Assembly: GCA_038087875.1 (NCBI GenBank)
Contig: CM075987.1
Coordinates: forward strand, 22,136,001-22,196,000
From: Malacoraja senta
Taxonomy: Eukaryota
Length of the DNA stretch: 60,000 bases
Direction of reading: 5' to 3'
This document shows, piece after piece, positions 11,791-23,602 of this stretch. The translations under genes were made by a program, and so were the position numbers. Numbering within the stretch: the stretch's first letter is position 1; each line of letters begins with the position of its first letter. Under the pieces are notes generated by a model, which worked only from the letters and a program-made list of their open reading frames with translations, did not search any database and was not told where the DNA came from.

Positions 11791-13340
11791 GACGAAATGT
11801 GTAAGAATGAATGAGGAATCAGAGGAAGAGCACAGTGCAACACTAATTTCCATGGAATATATTGGATTGACATAACAACGCAGAGGATAAGATTGTGCTT
11901 GGAACATCTTTTGGAGGGACACCACAAAAAGAAGACATCATCTTTTGCTGCTTCCTGGAAGGAAAATGGACACATTTATCATGAGGACATAAAGGTTGTC
12001 GATCAATCTTCCTTTTCTCTTTCTGCCACAACTATCATACCTTTTGTGAGAACAGGAAACAGGACATATGATGGGTCTTGGGCAGCAGATATGTTATAGT
12101 CCTGTACGGCCTTGGTTCCAACTTCCACTCAGTAACATTTATTACCTGTATGTGGTGGTGAGATTGTTTTCCCAGGGAGCACGGCAGCATTAATGAAGTA
12201 GCCTTGAGTTCTATGTGGTGGATGAAGAATTTACATCGGGATTTGACAAGAATTTGAGTGAAATGTCATATCTTGTTGTTTTACTCCAAGAAAAGGAATT
12301 TGAGTTTCAACAAGTTGTAACAAATTATCACACTCTTATGATGCAGTGTTTCTCAGTTAATGAACTGTTCCTATTATGGAAGAAAACATGATAGTCAGTT
12401 TGTGCACTTTAAAAGCCACAAACTAGTGAATGATCGGCTAATTTTTTGGGCTGAGCCAGTTGTGAGAGGAATATTAGTCAAAATAATAGGTGAACCTCTC
12501 TACATCTTTCAACTTGCATCATAGGACTTTTTGCATTTATATAGGCAGTTGTAATAACTCAATCAGAAAACATGACATTGCCCAACAATATTGCTCTTAG
12601 CTCTCAGTGAACATGGGCATTATCCTGAGAAAATTATTTTATTTGTCCCACCTTTGCCATTTTGTGGACATCCAAAAGTACTGCAGTTTTGAAGTATGGT
12701 CACTGATATGCAAGCTGATGCTGAAGCCAATTTGTACACCGCAAAGTCTCTGTAATTGTGCAATAGTGAAGTAATGACTAGTTAATCAGTTTTGTTGCTA
12801 TTGATTGAAGGAAATTGTGTTATTCTCTGAATAGAATCTCTATATGCTTCTGAGCATGTTGTTTATCTGCGTTAAATGTCTGAAATAAAATGCTGCACCT
12901 CTTGGTATGTTTAAATTATTTGTTCAATACTGCTGATTTCTAAGTTCCTCATTAGTTAGTGAAAGTAACTCATAAGCCTTTATTAATTTTTTTAAATCAG
13001 TCACTCCGTTTTTTTGCTGTTTTCATTACTGGGAATATGTTTTTAATTTCTTGTATAAATGTCCTTCAACTTTGATATCTTTTTAAAAAATTGTTAAAAT
13101 ATAGCTCTGCAGTCAGGGCACTGAGCTGAGCCTGTCTACTTGACTTTCTCTATTTACAGGTTCTTTTGGGAGAGATAGTCTTTAACCTCCACACCTCAAT
13201 TTGCTTCAATATAAATGGTGAAATTGTGACGATGGGAAGATTTGAATTGTTTCAATTATGATTTATTTCGCAGGTGTCATAGAGTGTTGGGAGATTGGTT
13301 TATAAACACCAGTCGTACACATCAATTTGTTATTATTCCT

Positions 13341-13575
13341 GATCTGGCAACTTGAGCATCCAGGAACGAAGGAGACTACAAAAAATGGAGAATGTTGCCC
13401 TGTCCATCACGGGTATTGACCTTCCCACCATCAAAGAGATCCATAGGAAGCACTGTCTCAAAAAGGCAGCCAGCATCATTAATGACCCACACCACCATGG
13501 CCAGGCTCTCATTTAACTCCTGCCATCGGGAAGGAGGTATTAGAGTGAAAACTGTAATGTCCAGGTCCAGGAATT
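13341..13575 (+). mobile_element. Rex1/Babar LINE 3' fragment, tail-to-tail with the next copy
   Basis: Similar to the reverse complement of 13830-14050 (caacttgagc.tccagga...ctcaaaaaggcagccagcatc...). Confidence 0.8.
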
Positions 13576-15197
13576 CAAGAGAGTTTATTGTCATGTGTCC
13601 CAGATTGGACAATTAAATTCTTGCTTTGCTTCAGCACAACAGAATATAGTAGGCATGAATACAGAACTGATCAGTGTGTCCATATACCATTATATAAATA
13701 TATACACACATGAATAAATAAACAGATAAAGTGCAAATAAACAGATAATATGCTATTAATGTTCAGAGATTTGTTTGAGTTGAGTTTAATAGCCTGACGG
13801 CTGTGGGGAAGTGGCTATTCCTGTACCTGGACATTGCAGTCTTCAGGCTCCTGTACCTTCTACCTGAAGGTAGCAGGGAGATGAGTGTGTGGCCAGGATG
13901 GTGTGGGTCCTTGATGATACTGCCAGCCTTTTTGAGGCAGCGACTGCGATAGATACCCTTGATGGTAGGGAGGTCAGAGCCGATGATGGACTGGGCAGTG
14001 TTTACTACTTTTTGTAGTCTTTTCCGCTCCTGGACGCTCAAGTTGCCGAACCAAGCCATGATGCAACCGGTCAGCATGCTCTCTACTGTGCACCTGTAGA
14101 AGTTAGAGAGAGTCCTCCTTGACATACCGACTCTCCGTAATCTTCTCAGGAAGTAGAGGCGCTGATGTTCTTTTTCTTTATAATGGCATCAGTGTTCTCG
14201 GACCAGTAGAGATCTTCAGAGATGTGCACGCCCAGGAATTTGAAGCTCTTGACCCTTTCCACCATCGACCCATTGATATAAACGGGACTGTGGGTCCCCA
14301 TCCTACCCTTTCCAAAGTCCACAATCAGTTCCTTGGTTTTGATGGTATTCAGGGTCAGGTTATTGTGCTGGCACCATTTGGTCAGTTGGTCGATTTCTCT
14401 TCTATACTCTGACTCATCCCCCATCAGTGATATGTCCCTCAACAGTGGTGTCGTCAGCGAACTTGATGATGGCGTTCGCACTATGACAGGCTACGCAGTC
14501 ATGAGTATAGAGTGAGTACAGCAGGGGGCTGAGCACGCAGCCTTGAGGTGCTCCCGTGCTGATTGTTATCGAGGCTGACACATTTCCACCAATACGAACA
14601 GTCTGTGGTCTGTGAATGAGGAAGTCGAGGATCCAATTGCAGAGGGATGCGCAGAGACCCAGTTCTGCGAGTTTGGTAACCAGCTTGGAGGGGATGATTG
14701 TATTAAATGCCGAGCTGTAATCAATGAATAACAGCCTGACATATGAGTTTTTGTTGCCCAAGTGGTCCAGAGCTGAGTGGAGAGCCAGCGAGATCGCATC
14801 CACCATTGATCTGTTGTGGCGGTAGGCGAACTGCAGTGGGTCCAGGTTTTTGTCGAGGTCGGAGTTGATTTGCGCCATGATCAACCTCTCAAAGCACTTC
14901 ATCACCACTGACGTTAGTGCCACTGGTCGATAGTCATTGAGGCACATCACCTTGCTCTTCTTGGGCACCGGTATAATTGATGCCCTTTTAAAGCAGATGG
15001 GAACCTCAGACCTCAGAAGTGAGAGGTTGAAAATGTCCATAAAAACTCCAGCCAGTTGGGCCGCACAGGTTTTTAGAACACGACCGGGTATACCATCAGG
15101 TCCAGGCACTTTTCGAGGGTTCACCCCTCTGAAGGATTTTCTGACGTCGGCATCTGTGACTGTGACTGAAATACCATCACAGCAAATGGGGGCTCGA

Positions 15198-16022
15198 TTT
15201 GATTTGATTTGATTTGATTTGATTCAATTTATTGTCATTGCACTTTTCAGTGCAACGAAATGGTTTAGCCTGCAGTCATAACATAGAATAAATAACAAAA
15301 ACACACACTCAACACAGTTTAACATCCACCACAGTGAGTCCACCAGGCACCTCCTCACTGTGATGGAAGGCAAAAAAGTCCCAAAGTCCATGTCTCTTCC
15401 CTCCTTGCTCTCCCTCTGTGCTGAGGCGATCCAGGCCTCCGATGTTGTGACCCCACCGGGTGACGGTAAGTAAGTCCCACGGCTGAATCCGAACGTGCCG
15501 GTTCAAACTCCGCGGCCCAGGGCGGTCGAAGCTGCCGAAGCTGCCACCCTCCAGTCCAGCGGACGCAGCTGTTGTTGCGGGAGCTCCAGAAAAACAGGTC
15601 ACCAACCTGTGACCTGCGAGCTCCCGACAATGTCGTCCACTGGCCCTCGCCGTGCCTCTGAGGCTCCGAAGTCGGGTCGGAAGTCGGGTCGCAACGCCAC
15701 CACAGCCCCGAAGTCGGCCAGCCCCGCGCTGGCAAGTCCTGGCTGGCTCTGTCTCCCGAGCCCCAAGGTCGGTCCCAGTTGGGGGCCGCCAGCTCCGCGA
15801 TAGGCCTCAGCGCAGACGGAGACGGAGACGGGCGATACGGCAAGAAAGGTCGCATCCCCCCCGAAGGAAGAGCCAAAAAACATGCTTCTCCAACCCCCCC
15901 ACACATACACAACTAAAATAAACCAAAACAAACTGCAACAACGGGACAAAAGAAAACAAAAAAAGAAAAGACAAACGGACTGCAGGCGAGCCGCAGCTGC
16001 AAGGCCGCGCCGCCACTAGAAA
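15198..16022 (-). mobile_element. Non-coding CpG-rich retroposon with Rex1-like 3' tail, inserted in the Rex1 LINE
   Basis: Minus strand ends gacaataaattg(aatca)n. Flanked by a 42-bp direct duplication (15153-15194 / 16026-16067). Shares aacatccaccacag...cctcactgtgatggaag with 37375-38128. Confidence 0.8.
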
Positions 16023-16602
16023 GCCTCTGTGACTGTGACTGAAATACCATCACAGCGAATGGGGGCTTGAGAAGGCACATCAGTGTTCTTCCTATCAAAG
16101 CGTGCGTAAAACGCATTGAGCTCGTCAGGGAGTGATGTTTCGCCGACATTCGAGCTACCTCCTGATTTTGCCTTGTCGGATTGCATTCAGGCCCCGCCAC
16201 AGCTGCCGAACATCTGTCTCATCCTCCAGCTTCGAGCAGGTCCCTTTTGGCCCTTTTGATGACCTTACCAAGGTCGTATCTGGACTATTATCAGACATGA
16301 ATGTCCGGTGTCTGGTCTTCAGAAGAGTGCGGATCTCAAAGTTCATCCAAGGCTTCTGATTGGGAAACACTTGGAAGGTTTTTGTCGGGATGCAGTCCTC
16401 CACACATTTCTTTATGAAGTCTGTAATGACTGTGGCGTATTCGTTCAGGTCCGTTGCCGAGTCCCTGAACATTGCCCAGTCCAAACAGTCCTGGAGTTGT
16501 TCCTCTGTCCCCCCCCGATCAGCTCTGTACAGTTCTCACCTCTGGGGGTGCGCTCTTCAATTGGTGCCTGTAGGCAGGAAGAAGCAGCACCGCGGTATGG
16601 TC

Positions 16603-17191
16603 ATTGCGGTATGGCAGTGAAGAAAGCGAATGGTATGTTAGCATTCATAGCAAAAGGATTTGAGTATAGGGCCGGGAGGTTCTACTGCAGTTGTACAGGG
16701 TCTTGGTGAGACCACACCTGGGATGTCAGGACTTTCATATGAAGAAAGACCGGATAGACTCGGCTTGTACTCGCTAAAATTTAGAAGATTGAGGGGGGAT
16801 CTTATAGAAACTTACAAAATTCTTAAGGGGTTGGACAGGCTAGATGCAGGAAGATTGTTCCCGGTGTTGGGAAAGTCCAGGACAAGGGGTCACAGTTTAA
16901 GGATAAAGGGGAAATCCTTTAGGACCGAGATGAGAAAAACAATTTTCACACAGAGAGTGGTGAATCTCTGGAACTCTGCCACAGAAGGTAGTTGAGGCCA
17001 GTTCATTGGCTATATTTAAGAGGGAGTTAGATGTGGCCCTTGTGGCTAAAGGGATCAGGGGGTATGGAGAGAAGGCAGGTACAGGATACTGAGTTGGATG
17101 ATCAGCCATGATCATATTGAATGGCGGTGCAGGCTCGAAGGGAGGCTTGAATGGCCTACTCCTGCCCCTATTTTCTATGTTTCTATGTTTC
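16603..17191 (+). mobile_element. 5'-truncated CR1/HER1-type LINE inserted in the Rex1 endonuclease region
   Basis: AVKKANGML...GLSYEER..RLGLYSL.FRRLRGDLIETYKI...TRGHSL...RVVNLWNS and (TTTCTATG)n tail. TSD TATGGTC at 16596-16602 and 17192-17198. Confidence 0.92.
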
Positions 17192-17999
17192 TATGGTCGG
17201 ATTTACCAAAGTGAGGGTGAGGGATAGAACGATAGGCATTCTTGATGGTGGTGTAGCAGTGGTCGAGGGTGTTTGGTCCACTGGTGCAGCAGGAGACATG
17301 TTGGTGGAAGTTAAGGAGCGATTTTGTACGGTTTGCTTTATTGTAGTCCCCAGCTATGGTGGCAAACGCCTCGGGGTAAGATGTCTGGTGTTTGTTGACC
17401 ATGGCGTGCAGCTCCTCCAGTGCCAGACGGACGTCTGGCTGGGGTGGGATGTAGACCCCAGGTACAGATCTCAGGATAATGGAGGTGAATTCCCTTGGAA
17501 GGTAGAAGGGGCAGCACTTCACCGCCAGATGTTCGAGGTGTGGAGAGCAGGAGTTGGAAAGGACTGCCACGTCTGAGCACCATGCAGAGTTGACCATGAG
17601 GCAGACGTCCCGTCCTCTTACTTTCCCAGATGCCTGCGTATGGTCCATATGGTGGATGGAGAACCCTTCAGGCTGGACCACTGAGTCTGGGAAGCTGGGG
17701 GTGAGCCATGTCTCTGTGAAACAGAACACAGAGCATTCCCTCAGCTCCCTTTGATAAAGCAGCCTTGCCCTTAAGTCCTCACTTTATTTTCAAGGGACTG
17801 CACGTTGGCCAGTCGAATAGTAGAAAAAGGGGGCCGAAGTCCCCTGCGCTTCAGTCTGACCTGCAGTCCTGCCCGTCGGCCACGTTTCCAGACACAATGG
17901 AGGCCTCACCATAGTTTCCAGATACTGTTCTTACTGTACTTGCTGTTTCTGCGAACCTGCGCTGGAACGGGAGAATAGCTTCTCCCCAACAACTATCAG

Positions 18000-18212
18000 T
18001 GCTGGAGACGGTGAAATCTAGAAACAGTCGGGAGATGTCGGAGATGGTCCAAGTGAATTTGAGTGCAGGATGGAAATTGGTGGTGAAGTTGATGAAGTCA
18101 GTGAGATCTGCATGGGTGCAGGAGGTAGCACCAATGCAGTCGTCAATGTAGCGGAGGCAGAGTTTGGGGATAGGGCCAGTGTACGCCTGGAACAGTGATT
18201 GTTCGACATATA
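18000..18212 (-). mobile_element. PLE RT fragment
   Basis: Close to 9410-9575 (YIDDCIG..SCTHA.L.DFI region). Confidence 0.8.
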
Positions 18213-18489
18213 TGCCTGGAACAGTGATTGTTCGATGGTCCAGATAAGTTACTGGTCAATGATAATCTCCAAGCAACTGCTGGTGGAAGACTTAGCAATG
18301 TTATTGCCATTGAATGTTAGAGTGGGTGTTTGGATTCTCCCTTGAGTGAGAGCATTTCTGCAAATGTTTCCTGCAACTTACCAACCCACACCCGAATGTT
18401 GTCTAGTTCTTGGTCTATGCAGACATAGACTGCTTCTTTAACTGAGGTGCTGCTGCTGGAATTCAACAATGTATAATCATCAGTATATC

Positions 18490-18785
18490 CATAATAAACT
18501 ACAATACAACTATGTTACAATCCTTATTGAGGATACATTCAACACCCGGTGGAGCCCAGCAGTCCCGGAACTCCCTCAGGGTGCCCGTGGACAGGGCGTA
18601 TTCCCTTTCTAACCTCACCCAGGCACGGGCGTAAACCCGGAAAAGGGGCAGGCAGCCAGCTCGGGTAGAGCCCTCCACCGCCTGGCGCCGTGACTCGCGG
18701 ATGGCCAGCTTGGCCAGGCCCAGGAACAACCCAACCAGGACATCTTCAGCCCTACCCTCTCCCCTACGCACAGGGTGGCCATTTC
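18490..18785 (-). mobile_element. Tx1-like (L1 clade) LINE ORF2 C-terminal fragment
   Basis: EDVLVGLFLGLAKLAIRESRRQAVEG...VRLEREYA....TLREFRDCWAPPGVECIL resembles Tx1-type ORF2 C-termini. Confidence 0.7.
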
Positions 18786-19959
18786 CTTGTGTGGGATAAT
18801 TGATCCCCATCAACCTTAATCACTTTACTCTGTGTGAGGTATGACTTTAAACATTGGTGTGTTTTCCTCATGGTACCCATTCACTTCAAATTTTCCAAGA
18901 CTGTTGGTCAAATATTATCTTGATGACAATAGCAGTCACTCTCATCTCTCCCCTGGAATTCAACTCATTGGCCCATGTTTGAACCAAGCCTATGCAGAGA
19001 TTTGGAGTCAAATGGTCCTGCCAAAACACGTTGGGAATCATGAGCAGGCCACTGGAGAATAAGTGCAGCTTTATTGCACTCTCAGTGAGTCATTGAGTCA
19101 CTTTTACGATGACTGAGAATGGACTGAGTGGACAGTTATTGTGTAGATTAGAACTGCTTTATTTTTTGTAAAGAGACTTTTGCGAGCAATCTTCTATCTT
19201 GCTGGGTAATGCCAGTGTTGTAATTGTCCTGGGAACAAGTTGGCTGGTGGCTTGATCTAAAAACAAAGTGCTGGAGACTGAAGTCTGAAGAAGGATCCTG
19301 ACCTCACATGCCATCTGCCGATTCCCCTCCGCAGATGTTGCTTGACCAACTGAGCAGCATTTTCCTTTGCATAAGATTCCAGCATCTCTACATCTACACT
19401 ATCATGAACAGATTCATCTGACCTGTGTGGATTGGTGAGAATGAAAAACAGGAAATGTATCCCCTGTGTTGGTTTGCCCACTAGTTATTGCAGATCGAAT
19501 TTTGTTGGAATCTCACTGCCGATTACTGTCAATTCAAGATTTTCAGATCAATTCTTATTGCTCTCATGCTCTCTCATTCATTTCCTAGTGATAAAACACA
19601 CACAAATTCTGAACCAAAATACTATTTATATTGAAAACAATATGCAAAGGCTTCCTAAATGAATACCACTTGTTATTTTCCTCTTTTTTTGGAGATATGC
19701 CACATTTAGTACAGTCAGGCCTCACTTCATCTGGACAGTTTGCAGCATATGGAACATGAGAAAGTTGGGGTTGTTTTATTATTGGCCATGATTGATAGGG
19801 ATAGTCCACCATAGATCTTGAGACCCATTTCTGCCGAATGCTGTATGACTACTAGTGAGCAGCCCAGAAGTAGAATCGAGACACAAGAGACTGCTGAAGT
19901 TTTTACTCCAGGTGGAATTATTATTTGAACATGCTAATGACTGTTTATAGACCCTTCAG

Positions 19960-20235
19960 TCCTTGCCAACCATCAATCATCCGTTCACACTCGTGCTATG
20001 TTATCCCATTTTTACAAGCATTTCCTACACTCCAGGGGCAATTTACAGAGACTAAACTTGCACATTAAACCCGCACATCTTTGGATGTGGAAGGACACCG
20101 AAGCCCCGGAGGAAACCGACGTGGTCACATGGAGAATGTCCAAATTCCACTCAAAAAACACCCAACGTCAGATTGAACCGGGTCTCTGCTGCTGTGAGTC
20201 AGAGGTACTACCAGCTCCACCACGGTGCCACCCTT
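19960..20235 (-). mobile_element. Degenerate V-SINE
   Basis: Antisense ggaggaaacc...gtggtcac...attgaaccgggtctctg..gctgtgag...ccaccacggtgccaccc. Confidence 0.7.
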
Positions 20236-21621
20236 GATGGTCCACTGGTCTATTAAATATCATGAGGAAGTATGCCATTCATTATATGCAGATTGCTAAT
20301 GTGTACATAAAGCTGTATGCCAGTACCAATAACAGGGACTTCAAAACTTAGTCCTTGTTGTTCAGCAGTTTCCTTTTGATTGTCAAGATGTCGTAAATGC
20401 AGATGTGATAAAGGCCTACTGCAGAATGAAGTATGAAGGCATCGATACTGCGCTCAGAATGACCTCCTTGATGTGCTGTGCATGATCAGATGCCATTTGA
20501 TCTTGAGGGTCTGAAGTCTCTTCTAGTTTCAGTGCATTTCTAAGCTGACAATTACAAAGCATTGCACCCTGTCTTGTGGAGCAGTCTGCAATACTTTCAA
20601 AGCTATTTCTTTCCCTATCTGTAGTTGTCTGATAAGGAAAAATAAGATCTATTTGGCTATCTTGGAGAAGACTGCATCATAAATGTGCTTTGTGCAGATC
20701 AAAATTTCTGAGGTTGCATATTTCTGTTTCAGCCTGGATGATCGTGACACCCAAAAGTTCATGGATGTAGTAAACAAGAAATGTCCTTGCCTATTCTGAG
20801 GTTGAATCTGTGGTTGGAGCACATAGCCTATTGTCTTTATGGAGAAACATAGATTCTTTATGCATTGTTCTTTACTGAGGTGCCATAGGAAGACTGCTTC
20901 CTTAGAGCCCTGGGTGGATATGGCATCATGCTGAGAGATGATCTTTCCTGCCTTCTCTTCCTTTCCTCCCCACCCTTCCTGCAGCTTGTCCTCCTTACAA
21001 TGCCATCTGTTTAGTCCCGATTCATGCTGTGTTCCTTGGGAAATGTCTTCTGGTGCACCCATATCTGAAGGAACTGTTTCTGGCAGAAGCTTGAAGGCAA
21101 AATGAAGACCTTCGCATATGGCACAGCCCTCTCTGTAGACCTAGATAAAGAGAACACCAGGAAAGACCAAATTCTTATTTTCAAAACGTTCCGTGCCTTG
21201 AGCCTTCCTGTTTATCAACTCCTGCCTTTCATGCCTCTGATCTCTCTGTACTTACTCTGACCCTTGATAGCTTCCTGGTTTTCATTGCTCCACCGTTGCT
21301 AGTTGTGGCTTCTAGGGCCTGGGCCACAAGCTCTGGAATTTTTTCACTAAACCTATTGTGCCATCTCTCCTTGAATCCTTAAGAAGTCGATCAAGGCTTT
21401 TGATCAACTTCTTAATATATCTTCATGTAGCTTGGTGTCAAATGTGTTTAATATTAGCTCCTTTGAAGTGGTTTGGAACTTAAGATGATAATGTTTGCTC
21501 CTCTGAATTGAGGGTATGAGTACTATTTTGCATTTAGGCAACCCTTGAATCATGAACATTCAGCTAATGAAAATTTGGCCTTACAGAATTCACAAATTTA
21601 ATTCACAAAAATATTTAAATA

Positions 21622-21975
21622 GTCATGCAGCATGAAAATAAAGGCTGACCTCCCTACATTTTGACCCATATCCCTCTAAACCTTTCCAATCCATATACCT
21701 GTCCAAATGTCTTTTAAACGTTGTTATTGTACCTGCCTCAACTACTTCCTCTGGCAATTTGCTCCATATACCCACCACCCTCTGTGTAGAAAGGGTGTCC
21801 CTCAAGTTCCTATTAAATCTGTCCCCTCTCACCTTAAACTTATGTTCTCTGGTTCTTGATTTCCATAACTCTCGGTAAAAGACTCTGTGCATAAACACTA
21901 TCCACCTTATGATTTTAAACACCTCTATAAGATCACTCCTCAGCATACTACGCTTCAAGGAATATAGTCCTTGCA
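21622..21975 (-). mobile_element. CR1-type LINE 3' fragment
   Basis: GLYSLKRSMLRSDLIEVFKII...TREHKFKV...QRVVGIWSKLPEEVVEAGTITTFKRHLDRYM. Confidence 0.88.
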
Positions 21976-23518
21976 CTCCTAGGAATAAAGATATAGAAAA
22001 AAATTGCCCTCATGGAATTCATTTGGAAAAATAAGTAAATAAAAAAACATTTCTTTTGTCAACTCTTGCTTCCTGAAGCATGTGCAGATTACATGGTTTT
22101 GTGGGCTGTTTTTGAAGAATGTGCACTCTTTCCCCCTCCATAAAACCAGGTGTGAGGGAGGGTGGGGGCAGGGGGGTTGCTGTCACCTGCTTTTGGTATT
22201 GAGATACATGTGGGATGTGGGACGAGGAGCTGTAACGAGACTTACCAGGTAGTTATTTGCTCTTCCTTTTCAAATCACAATTGTGAGTGAATTTCTGTGG
22301 TGAAATCCATTTCCATAATACTGAGACTGTTGGGTAGATTGTGACTATTTGACAATTGGCAAAAATAATCCTGAAGATCTGAGTGAAAAATTGCATCAGC
22401 GACAAATGCAAGCATGCAGGAATGGCATAAAAGTCAGAAAATCACAGTTAGTTTTCTCATATACAGAGATCCATGGATTTGTTATAATTGGAGATGTTAT
22501 ACATATAATTGCATGTATGTATTAGGACACCTTTAAAATATTGCAGCCACATAATTTACATGGAAGTTTCCTACAAGTCTTCAGTTCCCCCACTGGAATA
22601 TATATATCATATTTAGAATGCTGAATTTTACCTACACTCTCTGTGCCAAAAAATTAAATACTTTTTTTTGGTTTAGTAAAACTGGATTTGGTGTGTTGAC
22701 TGTCAGTATATCTCTGTCACCATCAGTACCACCAAACGATTTATTGCCAGTTTCTCTCATTACCATTTGTGGAACCTTGCTGTGTGTGTGTAATGCTAGC
22801 AGGGTGACTACACTTCAAAGTAATTAATTCTATGCAAAGTGCTTTTGAATATCCTGTGACACGTGAGAAAGGCTACATAAAATGCAAATTTGTCTTACCA
22901 AGACTTGCAGATAGCTTTATAAATCCATGGAAAGAAGATTCAACTTGCTGATATTTGTGACTTCAGTGGACTATATTTAAAAAATGTCTTAAAAGGTATG
23001 CGTGTCTGTTCTCTGTTGAGTAGTTTATCGTATTTATGATAAATGAGTACCAATTTTATTTGACAAATAGCATAGTGCACAAATTGAAAGCGATACCAAG
23101 ACATAAGGTCATGAAAGTGGCAGAGGTAGTAACGTATACAATCTTTTGGAGGTAGAAATAAGCAATCATATAGAATTACAGAGAATTTACAATATCGAAA
23201 CAGGACATCTATGATACAGAAAGAGAATGCGCAACCAAACTATCCATGCCTTTGTTTATATTACAACCAAACCTCATTGCACCTGACTTCATGGTACCCT
23301 CGGCATATCCTTCCATAAAGATAAAAGATTGCAAATGCTCAGAACCTGAAATCAAAAGGCAAAATTCTGAAAATGCTCAACTGATTTAAAAAAAAGGATT
23401 TGTGGAGGGTTAAACCAACAATTAAGGTTTTCTATCTCCCCCTCTCCGCAGATGCTATGTGACTTGATAATTTCCAAAATTTTTGCTTATTTCACCATTT
23501 TTTTCATCTATTTCTTAG

Positions 23519-23602
23519 GCGATGAAGAGGATTTAGGAGGAGGTCAGCAGGACACCAAAGCTGAACACGATCTAATTCAGTTTGAGTCAATAACCATAAA
23601 AG
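23519..23602 (+). CDS. Candidate internal coding exon of an unidentified host gene (84 bp, phase 1-1)
   Basis: Strong acceptor ttttttcatctatttcttAG and donor AAG|GTATTG. Only one open frame: (x)DEEDLGGGQQDTKAEHDLIQFESITIK. Not repeat-like. Confidence 0.5.

Larger units (their letters stand above)
13577..17960 (-). mobile_element. Rex1/Babar LINE (APE endonuclease + RT), near full length, interrupted by two insertions
   Basis: RKRGRRAG-type N-terminus (~17880). Endonuclease FCFTETWL...GDYN...LDHCY...[21 protein letters not shown]...[10 protein letters not shown]...[11 protein letters not shown]...[13 protein letters not shown]...KFADDTT. C-terminal LPSGRRYRS. 3' tail gacaataaa. Confidence 0.92.

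Noticed and set aside
13160..13218. Possible exon after ctttctctatttacag
   Set aside because: The donor is weak and the peptide is unrecognisable.
15309..16016. CpG-island promoter or GC-rich ORFs
   Set aside because: The region lies within a duplication-flanked retroposon that has a relative at 37375-38128.
22902..22995. Possible exon ending AAG|GTATGC
   Set aside because: All three frames contain stops from the plausible acceptors. It could only be non-coding, and nothing supports that.
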